This document shows positions 1-9,727 of a DNA stretch of 32,000 nucleotides, piece by piece. Location of the stretch: NCBI GenBank assembly GCA_014251975.1, contig CP059204.1, positions 330,001 to 362,000 on the forward strand. Direction: 5' to 3'. Every line of letters starts with the position of its first letter. The stretch's first letter is position 1. The notes under the pieces were generated by a model. That model searched no databases, was not told where the DNA came from, and saw nothing but the letters and a program-made list of their open reading frames with translations. The translations under genes were made by a program, and so were the position numbers. Source of the stretch: Blattabacterium cuenoti. GTDB lineage: Bacteria; Bacteroidota; Bacteroidia; Flavobacteriales; Blattabacteriaceae.

Positions 1-215
1 CCTCTATTTATTGATAAAATTTTTTTAGAAGATTTATACTTATTTTTTTTTGGATAAATTATAGTTTTAACTGATTTTACTTCAACTCCAAAAATATTAT
101 AAATTTCTTGTTTAATTTGATGTTTATTATATTTATTAGATAAAAGAAAAGTATAAAAATTATTTTTTTCTATATCTAATGATTTTTTAGTAAAAAAAGG
201 TCTAATTATAATCAT
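1..215 (-). CDS. rplW: 50S ribosomal protein L23 (3' end cut by window edge)
   Basis: Not in the ORF track. Manual minus-strand translation from the ATG at 213-215 gives MIIIRPFFTKKSLDIEKNNFYTFLLSNKYNKHQIKQEIYNIFGVEVKSVKTIIYPKKNKYK..., which is L23-like. It lies 19 nt downstream of rplD, in the canonical S10-operon order. Confidence 0.75.
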   Translation of the reverse strand, partial: MIIIRPFFTKKSLDIEKNNFYTFLLSNKYNKHQIKQEIYNIFGVEVKSVKTIIYPKKNKYKSSKKILSINR

Positions 216-234
216 TATTACTTTAACTTTAATT

Positions 235-894
235 TTATTTTATTAAATTATTTATATTTAATTTTTCTAATTTTATTAAATTACTTATTTTATTTATAGA
301 ACTCTCAAATAAAACAATATATGAATAATTTAACAACAGAAAACAATTTAACTCATCTACATTAAGAAGTTTATATGTATTTAAATTTTTAAATGATAAA
401 TATAAATTATTATCATTTTTCCCTGTAATTAATAATAATTTTTTATTATTTAATTTTATTGATTTAACTAATTCAATAGCTGATTTTGTTTTAGGTACTT
501 TTAATTTTAAATCTTCAACAATTATTATATTATTATTAATTAATTTATATTCAATTAAAAATTTTTTTACTTTATTTTTTATAGATTTATTAACTTTTAT
601 ATGATATTTTCTGGGCTTTGGCCCGAATACTCTACCACCTCCTTTAAATATGGGACTACTTGCACTACCCTTCCTAGCATTTCCAGTACCTTTTTGTTTA
701 TGTAATTTTTTAGTACTACAAATTATTTCTCCACGTACTTTAGTTTTATGAGTACCTTGTCTTTGAGCTAATAAATATCTTTTAATTTCTAAATGTAATA
801 AATGATTACAAGATTTTTTAGTAAAAAAATTATAATCAAATTTTATTATTTTTTTTGTTAATATTCCATTAACATTTAATATTCTTAATTCCAT
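235..894 (-). CDS. rplD: 50S ribosomal protein L4
   Basis: 219-aa ORF with the L4 hallmark [30 protein letters not shown]. Position is between rplC and rplW. Its ATG overlaps the rplC 3' end by 10 nt. Confidence 0.95.
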   Translation of the reverse strand: MELRILNVNGILTKKIIKFDYNFFTKKSCNHLLHLEIKRYLLAQRQGTHKTKVRGEIICSTKKLHKQKGTGNARKGSASSPIFKGGGRVFGPKPRKYHIKVNKSIKNKVKKFLIEYKLINNNIIIVEDLKLKVPKTKSAIELVKSIKLNNKKLLLITGKNDNNLYLSFKNLNTYKLLNVDELNCFLLLNYSYIVLFESSINKISNLIKLEKLNINNLIK

Positions 895-1520
895 ATTTTT
901 TTATTAATTATTAAATATGAATTTTTATTTCCTGGGACAGATCCTTTTAAAATTAATAATTTTTGTTCTATATCAATAGATAATATTTTTAAGTTTTTAA
1001 TTGTAACATTTTTTCCTCCCATTCTACCTGCCATTTTTTTACCTTTAAATACTCTAGAGGGACTAGATCCAGCACCAATAGAACCTGGTGCTCTTAAACG
1101 GTTATGTTGTCCATGTGATCGTTCTCCTACTCCTGAAAAATTATGTCTTTTTACAACACCTTGAAATCCCTTACCTTTAGATATACCTTTTACATGTACT
1201 AATTCACCAACTTTAAAAAAATTTACATTTATTGATTTTCCTATTTTAAAAAAATTATTTTTAGCATTATACTTAAATTCTATAAGTTTTTTTTTAGGTT
1301 TAACACCATATTTTTTAAAATGTCCAATAATAGATCTATTAATTTTTTTACTTTTATTATCATCAACACCTAATTGAATAGAATCATATCCATCCTTTTT
1401 TTTAGTTTTTATTTGAATTACATAACAAGTATTTATCTTAACAATAGTACAAGCAGTGTATTCACCATTGTTTATATAAATATTTGTCATACCTATATTT
1501 TTACCTATTAAACCTTTCAT
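885..1520 (-). CDS. rplC: 50S ribosomal protein L3
   Basis: 211 aa. Motifs [26 protein letters not shown] and KMAGRMGG are typical of L3. Confidence 0.95.
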   Translation of the reverse strand: MKGLIGKNIGMTNIYINNGEYTACTIVKINTCYVIQIKTKKKDGYDSIQLGVDDNKSKKINRSIIGHFKKYGVKPKKKLIEFKYNAKNNFFKIGKSINVNFFKVGELVHVKGISKGKGFQGVVKRHNFSGVGERSHGQHNRLRAPGSIGAGSSPSRVFKGKKMAGRMGGKNVTIKNLKILSIDIEQKLLILKGSVPGNKNSYLIINKKIWN

Positions 1521-1521
1521 A

Positions 1522-1827
1522 TTATACTTTTATTTCAGCTTCTACCCCACTAGGTAATTCTAATTTCATCAACGCATCAACAGTTTTAGATGAAGCGTTA
1601 TGTATTTGTAACAATCTTTTATGAGTAGGAAGATAAAATTGTTCTCTTGATTTTTTATTAACATGAGGGGAACGTAATACTGTAAATATTTTTTTTTCAG
1701 TAGGCAATGGGACAGGTCCATTTAAAATAACACCTGTTGGTATTACTGAATTAACAATTTTTTTAGCAGATTTATCTAATAAATTATAATCATAAGATTT
1801 TAACTTAATTTTAATATCATGACCCAT
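1522..1827 (-). CDS. rpsJ: 30S ribosomal protein S10
   Basis: 101 aa. [14 protein letters not shown]...[24 protein letters not shown] is the S10 signature. It is the first gene of the S10 block. Confidence 0.96.
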   Translation of the reverse strand: MGHDIKIKLKSYDYNLLDKSAKKIVNSVIPTGVILNGPVPLPTEKKIFTVLRSPHVNKKSREQFYLPTHKRLLQIHNASSKTVDALMKLELPSGVEAEIKV

Positions 1828-1831
1828 ATTA

Positions 1832-3910
1832 TTATTTTTTAATAATTTTATTTTCTACAGATTGAGGTACAACTTCATAATGAGAAAATTCCATTACAGA
1901 CGTACCTCTACCAGATGATAATGTACGCAAAACTGTTACGTAGCCAAACATTTCAGATAATGGGACTATTGCTTGAATAATTTTAATATTTTTTTTATCA
2001 TTCATATTTTGAATAACACCTCTTCTTCTGTGTAAATCCCCTATTACATCGCCCATATTATCTTCTGGAACAACAATTTCTAGTTTCATAATAGGTTCTA
2101 ATAAAACTGGATTAGATTTTTTAGCAGCTTCTTTAAATCCTAATTTACCTGCTAATTCAAAAGAAAGTTGATCAGAATCAACAGGATGATAAGATCCATC
2201 TAATATAGTTATTTTAGCATTATCTATTTCATATCCAGATAAAGGCCCATTTTTCATCATTTCCTTACAACCTTTTTCTATAGATGGAATATATTCTTTT
2301 GGAATACTACCTCCCTTTATTTTATTTATAAAAGTTAATCCTGGTTTCTTTGATTTTTCAGGTTCTAATATAAAATAAACATCCGCATATTTCCCTCTTC
2401 CACCTGTTTGTTTTTTATATATCTCTCTATGTTTAACTAAAGTAGTTAAAGCTTCTTTATATTCTACTTGTGGTTTACCTTGATTTATTTCTACTTTAAA
2501 TTCTCTTTTCATTCTATCTACAATAATTTCCAAATGTAATTCACCCATACCAGAAATTATTTTTTGTCCAGTATATTTATCTGTTCTAACTTGAAAAGTT
2601 GGATCTTCTTCCATTAGCTTATATAAAGCTAAATCCATCTTATCAATATCAGATTTATATTTTGGTTCAACAGCAATACCTATTACAGGCTCAGGAAAAG
2701 AAATATTTTCTAATAAAATAGGCTTATTTTCATCGCATAAAGTATCACCTGTTTTTATATCTTTAAATCCCACTATAGCAGCAATATCTCCAGCACTTAT
2801 TTTTTTTATTGGATTTTGTTTATTAGCATGCATTTGATATATTCTAGAAATTCTTTCTTTGTTTCCAGATCTGGAATTAAAACTATAAGAACCAGATTCT
2901 ATTGTTCCAGAATATACTCTAAAAAATGCTAATCTTCCAACAAATGGATCGCTAGAAATTTTAAAAGCTAATGCAGAAAATGGATCATTTTCATTAGGCT
3001 TTCTAGTTACCTTTTGTTTATTAACTGGATTAACTCCTATAACATCTTTAACCTCAAGTGGAGATGGTAAATATCTACATATAGCGTCTAAAATAGATTG
3101 AACACCTTTATTCTTAAAAGAAGAACCACATAATATAGGAATAATTTTCATATTGATTGTACTCTTATTTATAGAACGAATAATATCAGATTCTGATATA
3201 TAATTATTATATAAAAATTTTTCCATAATTATATCATCATGTTCGGATAAAGTTTCAATAAGTTTATTTTGATAACTGTTTACAATATTTTTCATATCAT
3301 TTGGTATAGGTCCATTTCTATATGTCATACCATAATTATTATCATCCCATATTATAGATTTCTTTGAAATTAAATCCACAACTCCTATAAAAGAATCACC
3401 ATTTCCAATAGGTATTTGTAATGGTACAGAATTAGATCCTAAAATTTTTTTTATTTGTGAACAAACTCCTAAAAAATCTGCACCCTGTCTGTCCATTTTA
3501 TTAACAAATGCAATTCTTGGTATTTTATACTTATCTGCTTGTCTCCAAACTGTTTCTGATTGAGGTTCTACTCCATCTACTGCACTAAAAAGTACTACCA
3601 TCCCATCTAGTATTCTCATTGATCTCTCTACTTCAACAGTAAAATCTACATGTCCTGGAGTGTCTATTATATTTATTTGATATTTATTTTTTCCATATAT
3701 CCATTCGCAATACGTAGCAGCAGAAGTGATAGTTATACCTCTTTCTTGTTCTTGCAGCATCCAATCCATTGTAGCAGTACCATCATGAACTTCTCCTATT
3801 TTATGATTAATTCCAGTGTAAAATAATATTCTTTCTGTAGTTGTAGTTTTACCTGCATCAATATGTGCTGCTATACCAATATTTCTAGTAAATTTCAAAT
3901 TTTTTTTCAT
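1832..3910 (-). CDS. fusA: Elongation factor G
   Basis: 692 aa. GTPase motifs [17 protein letters not shown] and NKMD are present and similarity is full length. It follows rpsG with no tuf between fusA and rpsJ, the Bacteroidota-style arrangement. Confidence 0.97.
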   Translation of the reverse strand: MKKNLKFTRNIGIAAHIDAGKTTTTERILFYTGINHKIGEVHDGTATMDWMLQEQERGITITSAATYCEWIYGKNKYQINIIDTPGHVDFTVEVERSMRILDGMVVLFSAVDGVEPQSETVWRQADKYKIPRIAFVNKMDRQGADFLGVCSQIKKILGSNSVPLQIPIGNGDSFIGVVDLISKKSIIWDDNNYGMTYRNGPIPNDMKNIVNSYQNKLIETLSEHDDIIMEKFLYNNYISESDIIRSINKSTINMKIIPILCGSSFKNKGVQSILDAICRYLPSPLEVKDVIGVNPVNKQKVTRKPNENDPFSALAFKISSDPFVGRLAFFRVYSGTIESGSYSFNSRSGNKERISRIYQMHANKQNPIKKISAGDIAAIVGFKDIKTGDTLCDENKPILLENISFPEPVIGIAVEPKYKSDIDKMDLALYKLMEEDPTFQVRTDKYTGQKIISGMGELHLEIIVDRMKREFKVEINQGKPQVEYKEALTTLVKHREIYKKQTGGRGKYADVYFILEPEKSKKPGLTFINKIKGGSIPKEYIPSIEKGCKEMMKNGPLSGYEIDNAKITILDGSYHPVDSDQLSFELAGKLGFKEAAKKSNPVLLEPIMKLEIVVPEDNMGDVIGDLHRRRGVIQNMNDKKNIKIIQAIVPLSEMFGYVTVLRTLSSGRGTSVMEFSHYEVVPQSVENKIIKK

Positions 3911-3916
3911 AAATAA

Positions 3917-4393
3917 TTAAAATCTGAAATGAGAAAAAGCTTTATTTGATTCAGCCATTTTATGAATATTATCTTTTCTTTTAATACATTCTCCCTGACC
4001 TTTGTAAGCATCCCATATTTCAAATGCTAATTTATTAGACATATTTTTTTCATTTCTAATATTAGCACAAGAAATTATTAATTTAATCGCTTTTGTTATT
4101 TTTTTTTTTGAAGAAATTTGAATTGGTATTTGAATATTAGTACCACCCATACGTCTTCTTCTTACTTCTACATGAGGAGTAACATTTTTTAACCCTTCTT
4201 TCCATATTTCTAATGAAGTTTTATTATCTTCATTTTTTATAATTTCAATTTTATCCATTGCATTATAAAAAATTCTATAAGCAATAGTTTTTTTTCCACT
4301 TTTCATCAAATGATTAACAAATCTAGTTACCAGAACATCATTAAATTTAGGATCAGGGAGATAATTATTACCTCTCTTTTTATTTTTTCTCAT
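3917..4393 (-). CDS. rpsG: 30S ribosomal protein S7
   Basis: 158 aa. [24 protein letters not shown] is the S7 N-terminal signature. It overlaps the rpsL 3' end by 14 nt. Confidence 0.96.
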   Translation of the reverse strand: MRKNKKRGNNYLPDPKFNDVLVTRFVNHLMKSGKKTIAYRIFYNAMDKIEIIKNEDNKTSLEIWKEGLKNVTPHVEVRRRRMGGTNIQIPIQISSKKKITKAIKLIISCANIRNEKNMSNKLAFEIWDAYKGQGECIKRKDNIHKMAESNKAFSHFRF

Positions 4394-4775
4394 TTTTAAT
4401 TTCTTTTTTTTCTATTTTTGTACCATACTTACTTCTACTTTTTTTTCTCCCATTAACTCCTGCAGTATCTCGAGCACCTCTAACTATTTTGTATTTAACT
4501 CCAGGTAAATCTTTAACTCTTCCACCTTTAACCAATACAATAGAATGCTCTTGTAGATTATGTCCTTCTCCTATTATATAACTTATTACCTCTTTACCAT
4601 TAGTAAAACGTACACGAGCTACTTTTCTCATAGCAGAATTTGGTTTTTTAGGAGTAGTAGTATATACTCTAATGCAAACACCTCTTTTTTGAGGACAAAA
4701 ATCTAAAGCAATAGATTTTCTTTTCTTTGTAGAAGAAGAACGACCTTTTCTAATCAATTGTTGTATAGTAGGCAT
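4380..4775 (-). CDS. rpsL: 30S ribosomal protein S12
   Basis: 131 aa. [12 protein letters not shown]...[15 protein letters not shown]...[20 protein letters not shown] is the S12 signature. Confidence 0.97.
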   Translation of the reverse strand: MPTIQQLIRKGRSSSTKKRKSIALDFCPQKRGVCIRVYTTTPKKPNSAMRKVARVRFTNGKEVISYIIGEGHNLQEHSIVLVKGGRVKDLPGVKYKIVRGARDTAGVNGRKKSRSKYGTKIEKKEIKNEKK

Positions 4776-4798
4776 ACTAATTTAATTTTTTTATCAAA

Positions 4799-4806
4799 CA
4801 AAAATA
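4799..4806 (-). promoter_or_regulatory. Candidate Bacteroidota -7 box (TATTTTTG) for the rpsL-rpsG-fusA operon
   Basis: The minus strand reads TTATTTTTGTTTG, an exact TAnnTTTG, ending 23 nt upstream of the rpsL ATG. Confidence 0.35.
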
Positions 4807-4807
4807 A

Positions 4808-5629
4808 TTAAATATTAATTATTTTTTCATTTTGAAAAAATAATTCTTCATCTGATTTAATATTAAGTTCATTATAAATATATTGAAAAGTTGATAATAA
4901 ACACGGTGTACCATCTATTATAGCTACATTATGTTCATAATGTGAAGAATTTTTTTTATCTAAAGTAGTTATGGTCCATCCATCTTTATTAAAAATAATT
5001 TCTGAAGTTCCAAAATTTACCATAGGCTCTATAGATAGCACCATACCATCTTTTAATTTTAATCCATTGCCTTTTTTACCAAAATTAGGTACTTGTGGGT
5101 CTTCATGCATTTTTCTACCTATACCATGACCTACTAAATCTTTTACTACAGAATAACCATTTTTTTCAATATATGATTGTATAGAATAACCTATATCTTC
5201 TATATAATTACCTGATTTACAGTTGCTAATTCCAATATATAATGATTTTTTAGAACAATTTAAAAATTTTTTATATTTATCAGATATATTTCCAACTTCA
5301 AATGTATAAGCATGTTCACCATAAAATCCATTCATATAAACACCGCAATCAATTGATAATATATCTCCATCTTTAATAGGAATTAAATTAGGTACTCCAT
5401 GAACTACATTAAAATTAGGAGATGCACATATAGTATTTGGAAAATTATATAATCCTAAAAAAGCTGGGACACCACAATTATCACGTATAAATTCTTCTGC
5501 TATTTTATCTAAATAAATAGTATTTACTCCTGGGACTATTTCTTTAGATAACATCCCCAATGTTTTAGATGCTAGAATAGAACTTTTTCTTATTAAAATT
5601 ATTTCTTCAATAGTTTTTATCTTTACCAA
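4808..5629 (-). CDS. map: Methionine aminopeptidase, type I
   Basis: 273 aa. VGHGIGRKMHEDPQV, SIEPMV and HYEHNV metal-ligand motifs are present. The start codon is TTG (plus-strand caa at 5627-5629), and no in-frame ATG would keep the conserved N-terminus. Confidence 0.92.
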   Translation of the reverse strand: MVKIKTIEEIILIRKSSILASKTLGMLSKEIVPGVNTIYLDKIAEEFIRDNCGVPAFLGLYNFPNTICASPNFNVVHGVPNLIPIKDGDILSIDCGVYMNGFYGEHAYTFEVGNISDKYKKFLNCSKKSLYIGISNCKSGNYIEDIGYSIQSYIEKNGYSVVKDLVGHGIGRKMHEDPQVPNFGKKGNGLKLKDGMVLSIEPMVNFGTSEIIFNKDGWTITTLDKKNSSHYEHNVAIIDGTPCLLSTFQYIYNELNIKSDEELFFQNEKIINI

Positions 5630-5664
5630 ATTATATATAATTTTAAGTGATTTAAATTTATATT

Positions 5665-7197
5665 TTATTTTTCAATAATCATTGATTTTCCGTTCATAAT
5701 ATATGGTATAGGTAAATTCATTAATTTAAGTATAGTTGGTGCTACATCTGATAATGCACCACATTTTCTTAAAATAAAATTTTTAACATTATTTCCTACT
5801 ATTATAAAAGGGACTAAAGACGTAGTATGAGATGTATTAGGAGTATTGTCTACTTTATTAATCATATACTCAGCATTACCATGATCTCCTACTATTATTA
5901 CATTGTATGAATTTTTTATAGCCTCTTCAGTACATAATTTTAAACATTTATCAACATGTTCACAAGCTATTATAGTTTTATTAAAATTTCCAGTATGACC
6001 TACCATGTCTGGATTCGCAAAATTCAAACATATAAAATCAAAATTTTTATTTTTTAATTCTGGAATAATTTTATTTACTATATTTATAGCACTCATTTTA
6101 GGCATTAAATCGTATGTAGATACATTTGGAGATGGACACATAATCCTAGTTTCTTTATTAAATGGTTCTTCTCTCCCCCCAGAAAAAAAAAATGTAACAT
6201 GTGGATATTTTTCTGTTTCTGAAATTCTAGCTTGTTTTTTACTTTCTTTTTCTAATACCTCTCCTAGAGTATTTAATAATATTTTTTTATTAAAAATAGA
6301 TATAACATTTTTTTTATAATATTCTGTATTATAACATGTCATAGTAAAAACACGATATAAATTAATTTTTGTATTATTTTTCAATACTACATTTTTTATA
6401 AATATTTCCGTTAATTGTCTTGATCTATCAGGCCTAAAATTAAAACATAATACAATATCTCCATTTCTAATTTTAGAAATTGGTTTTCCGTTCTTATCTA
6501 CTAAAATTAATGGCAACAAAAATTCATCTGTAATTCCATTTTTATAACATTTTTCAATAGATTCCAAAATATTATTAGTATAACTACCTGTAGATTCTAC
6601 CATAGCATTATATGCTATTTTAGTTCTATCCCAACGGTTATCTCTATCCATAGCATAGTATCTTCCAACTACAGTAGATAATTTTCCTCCATATTTTTTA
6701 GTTTTTATCAAAAGTTTTTTAATAAAATTTATACCATTTTTAGGTGAGGTATCTCTGCCATCTGTAAATGCATGAATAAAAATATTTTTCATATTTATTT
6801 TACTAAATATTTTAATCAATTTAAACAAATGATCAATATGTGAATGTACTCCACCATTAGATAAAAGGCCTGTAATATGTACCCTAGTATTAATATTTAT
6901 TTTACTAAATATATTATTAATTTTTTTATTAAATGATTTATTATTAATTGATTTATTAATTTCTTTTAAAGTTTGTAATACTTTTCTACCTGATCCTAAA
7001 TTTATATGTCCAACCTCAGAATTTCCCATTTGTCCTTTTGGTAATCCTACACAAGATCCTGAAGCTTTTAATTTACTAGTAGGATAATTTCTATAACATA
7101 AATCTAAAAATGGAGTACGAGCTTGATCAATAGCAGACAAAAAATAATCATTGCTAATACCCCAACCATCCAAAATTATTAACATTATCCTATTCAT
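5665..7197 (-). CDS. gpmI: 2,3-bisphosphoglycerate-independent phosphoglycerate mutase
   Basis: 510 aa. ILDGWG, MGNSEVGHINLGSGR, FTDGRDT and VGDHGNAE are motifs of the iPGM family. Confidence 0.95.
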   Translation of the reverse strand: MNRIMLIILDGWGISNDYFLSAIDQARTPFLDLCYRNYPTSKLKASGSCVGLPKGQMGNSEVGHINLGSGRKVLQTLKEINKSINNKSFNKKINNIFSKININTRVHITGLLSNGGVHSHIDHLFKLIKIFSKINMKNIFIHAFTDGRDTSPKNGINFIKKLLIKTKKYGGKLSTVVGRYYAMDRDNRWDRTKIAYNAMVESTGSYTNNILESIEKCYKNGITDEFLLPLILVDKNGKPISKIRNGDIVLCFNFRPDRSRQLTEIFIKNVVLKNNTKINLYRVFTMTCYNTEYYKKNVISIFNKKILLNTLGEVLEKESKKQARISETEKYPHVTFFFSGGREEPFNKETRIMCPSPNVSTYDLMPKMSAINIVNKIIPELKNKNFDFICLNFANPDMVGHTGNFNKTIIACEHVDKCLKLCTEEAIKNSYNVIIVGDHGNAEYMINKVDNTPNTSHTTSLVPFIIVGNNVKNFILRKCGALSDVAPTILKLMNLPIPYIMNGKSMIIEK

Positions 7198-7207
7198 TGT
7201 TAAATTA

Positions 7208-8026
7208 TTATATATTAATTCTTTTAAAGGATATTATATTCAATTTTTTATCAAAACTATATAAATAATCTTTAATTGTTAATTTTTTATTTTTTATAAA
7301 AGTTTGATTTAAAAGAGTATTATCATTTATAAATTTTTTTAATTTTCCTTTAATTATTTTATCTATCAAATTATCAGATTTATTTTTATTATTTATAATA
7401 ACCTGATTTTTAATTATTTTAATTTCTTCTTGTAAAATATTTTCAGGAAAATCTTTACAATCTATAGATAATGGATTCATAGCAGCAATATGCATTGCTA
7501 TATCTCTAGCAAATAAAACATCAAATTTTTTAGAAAACTGTACTAAAACAGATATTTTATTATTATTATGAGTATATTCTATTATAAATTTACCTTCTAA
7601 ATATTCAAATATATTTAAAATTAATTTTTCACCTACAACACCCATTTTGTCAATAATTAAATCCTCAATTTTAAATTTATTAAATGAACTATTTAAAAAA
7701 CTATTTTTATTTTTATATAATAATGAATGATTAGATAATAAAAATGAAAAATCCAAAAAATCTTTATTCTTAGAAAGAAAATCTGTTTCACAACTTATAC
7801 CTATTATAGTCCCAACAGTAAAATTGCTATTTACAGAAGACATTAATACTCCTTCTGATGTTGTAGCATTGTAACGATTAATATATATTTTTTTACCCTT
7901 TTTTCTCAAAAATAATATAGCATTTTTTATATTACCATTAGAAAAAATTAATGCCTCTTTACAATCTATTATCCCTATACCAGTGATTTTTCTTAATTCT
8001 TTTAATTTAGATATAGAAAATTTCAT
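7208..8026 (-). CDS. tsf: Elongation factor Ts
   Basis: 272 aa. It has an N-terminal UBA-like LKELRKITGIGIIDCKEAL motif, and the rpsB-tsf gene order is conserved. Confidence 0.9.
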   Translation of the reverse strand: MKFSISKLKELRKITGIGIIDCKEALIFSNGNIKNAILFLRKKGKKIYINRYNATTSEGVLMSSVNSNFTVGTIIGISCETDFLSKNKDFLDFSFLLSNHSLLYKNKNSFLNSSFNKFKIEDLIIDKMGVVGEKLILNIFEYLEGKFIIEYTHNNNKISVLVQFSKKFDVLFARDIAMHIAAMNPLSIDCKDFPENILQEEIKIIKNQVIINNKNKSDNLIDKIIKGKLKKFINDNTLLNQTFIKNKKLTIKDYLYSFDKKLNIISFKRINI

Positions 8027-8035
8027 ATTTTCAAA

Positions 8036-8728
8036 TTATTTTTTTATCAAAAATATTTCATCTTTAATAAATTCAGTAACAAATTTTAAAATTATATCTA
8101 TAGATTTAGAAGAATCATCATTTGATGGAATAGGGTAATTAATACCAATTGGAGATGTGTTTGTATCCACCATAGCAAATATTGGAATTTTTAATCTTTT
8201 TGATTCTTCTAACGCTATTTTTTCGGTATTAGGATCAACTAAAAATATACCACCTGGTATATAATTCATACTAGAGATACTACCTAAATTTTTCTTAAGT
8301 TTATAATATAATCTATCTATTAATAATTTCTCTTTCTTAGATATGGTATTAAATGTTCCCTGTTTTTTCATTTTTTCTATACTATTCATTTTTTTTATAG
8401 ATTTACGAATAGTAGTAAAATTAGTTAACAACCCGCCTAACCATCTTTCTGTTACACAAGGCATTTTAATAGATTTTGAATATAAATTTACTTTATTTTT
8501 AGCTTGATCTTTAGTACCTACAAATAATATTTTTTTACCATTATTAATTATAATTTTTAACCTTTTGCAAGCTTCCTTCAACTTAAATATAGTTTTTGAT
8601 AAATCTATTATATGTATACCTCTCTTTTTCATAAATATATACTGTTTCATATTAGGATTCCATTTTCTTGTTGTATGACCAAAATGTACTCCGGCTTTTA
8701 ATAAATCTTTTGTAGTTAATTCTATCAT
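8036..8728 (-). CDS. rpsB: 30S ribosomal protein S2
   Basis: 230 aa. LLKAGVHFGHTTRKWNPNM and ERWLGGLLTNF are S2 signatures. Confidence 0.95.
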   Translation of the reverse strand: MIELTTKDLLKAGVHFGHTTRKWNPNMKQYIFMKKRGIHIIDLSKTIFKLKEACKRLKIIINNGKKILFVGTKDQAKNKVNLYSKSIKMPCVTERWLGGLLTNFTTIRKSIKKMNSIEKMKKQGTFNTISKKEKLLIDRLYYKLKKNLGSISSMNYIPGGIFLVDPNTEKIALEESKRLKIPIFAMVDTNTSPIGINYPIPSNDDSSKSIDIILKFVTEFIKDEIFLIKK

Positions 8729-8734
8729 AATAAA

Positions 8735-9121
8735 TTAACGTTTTGAAAATTGATATTTTTTTCTAGCTTTTTTTTGTCCAAATTTTTTTCTTTCTACTTC
8801 CCTAGGGTCACGTGTTAACAAACCTTCATATTTTAATTTATTTTTATTTTTTTCATCTATTTTACAAAGTATTCGTGATATTGCTAATGAAATAGCTTCT
8901 GCTTGCCCATTATTACCACCTCCACTAACTTTTATCTCTATATCAAATTTATTTAATTTATTTAATAATATTATAGGATACATAATTTTATGAATAATAT
9001 ATTCAGAAAAATAATCATTTAATTTAATAGAATTTATATTAATTATTCCAGTCCCTATTTTTAAATAAACACGTGCTAATGATCTTTTCCTTCTACCTAT
9101 ACTATGATATACTGTTTTCAT
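8735..9121 (-). CDS. rpsI: 30S ribosomal protein S9
   Basis: 128 aa. GRRKRSLARV, SGGGNNGQAEA, and a C-terminal KKARKKYQFSKR tail. Confidence 0.95.
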   Translation of the reverse strand: MKTVYHSIGRRKRSLARVYLKIGTGIININSIKLNDYFSEYIIHKIMYPIILLNKLNKFDIEIKVSGGGNNGQAEAISLAISRILCKIDEKNKNKLKYEGLLTRDPREVERKKFGQKKARKKYQFSKR

Positions 9122-9124
9122 TTT

Positions 9125-9568
9125 TTAAAATTTTATTAATTTAGGATTCTGAGCTTTATGTTTATGATAAGAATCAAAATATACATGAAGATTTTTAAAT
9201 ATTAAATTTCCTAAACGATTTTTGGGTAACATTCTTTTTACAGATTTATATATCAACATTCTTGAATCTTTTATCAATAATTCCTTAGCATTAATAAACT
9301 TTTTACCACTTGGATATCCTGTATAACGAATATATTTTTTATTATTCCATTTTTTACCAGTTAACTTTATTTTATTAGAATTAATAACTACTACATTATC
9401 TCCACAATCTATATTAGGAGAAAAATATGGTTTATTTTTACCCATAATTATAAAAGCAATTTTAGTAGAAAATCTACCCAAAATTTTATCAGTAGCATCC
9501 ATTAAAATCCAATTTTTTTTTACTAATTTTTTATCGTAAAAAATTGTTTTAAAACTTAGTGGATCCAT
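9125..9568 (-). CDS. rplM: 50S ribosomal protein L13
   Basis: 147 aa. WILMDATDKILGRFSTKIA and RYTGYPSG are L13 motifs. Order is rplM-rpsI. Confidence 0.95.
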   Translation of the reverse strand: MDPLSFKTIFYDKKLVKKNWILMDATDKILGRFSTKIAFIIMGKNKPYFSPNIDCGDNVVVINSNKIKLTGKKWNNKKYIRYTGYPSGKKFINAKELLIKDSRMLIYKSVKRMLPKNRLGNLIFKNLHVYFDSYHKHKAQNPKLIKF

Positions 9569-9688
9569 ATTTTATATTTTAAAATTTTTAAATATAAGAA
9601 TTTTTTTTAAAAAATAAGAATGACTTTTTGTCATATTTTTTTTGTATTATATAATATTATATTGTCATATAAGTAAGTATTTTAATTA

Positions 9689-9703
9689 TGGCATAATCAT
9701 TGA
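9689..9703 (+). promoter_or_regulatory. Candidate sigma-54 (-24/-12) promoter upstream of dnaK
   Basis: TGGCAT-AATCA-TTGAT compared with the consensus TGGCAC-N5-TTGCW. GG-to-G spacing is exact. The -12 dinucleotide is GA rather than GC. It ends 25 nt upstream of the dnaK ATG. I saw no TAnnTTTG box in this spacer. Confidence 0.35.
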
Positions 9704-9727
9704 TATTATATTATTAAAATTAAAAAA

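Noticed and set aside
6005-6319. 104-aa + strand ORF
   Set aside because: It is entirely antisense to the well-conserved gpmI coding region, has low-complexity hydrophobic composition and no motif. It is a typical shadow ORF in AT-rich DNA.
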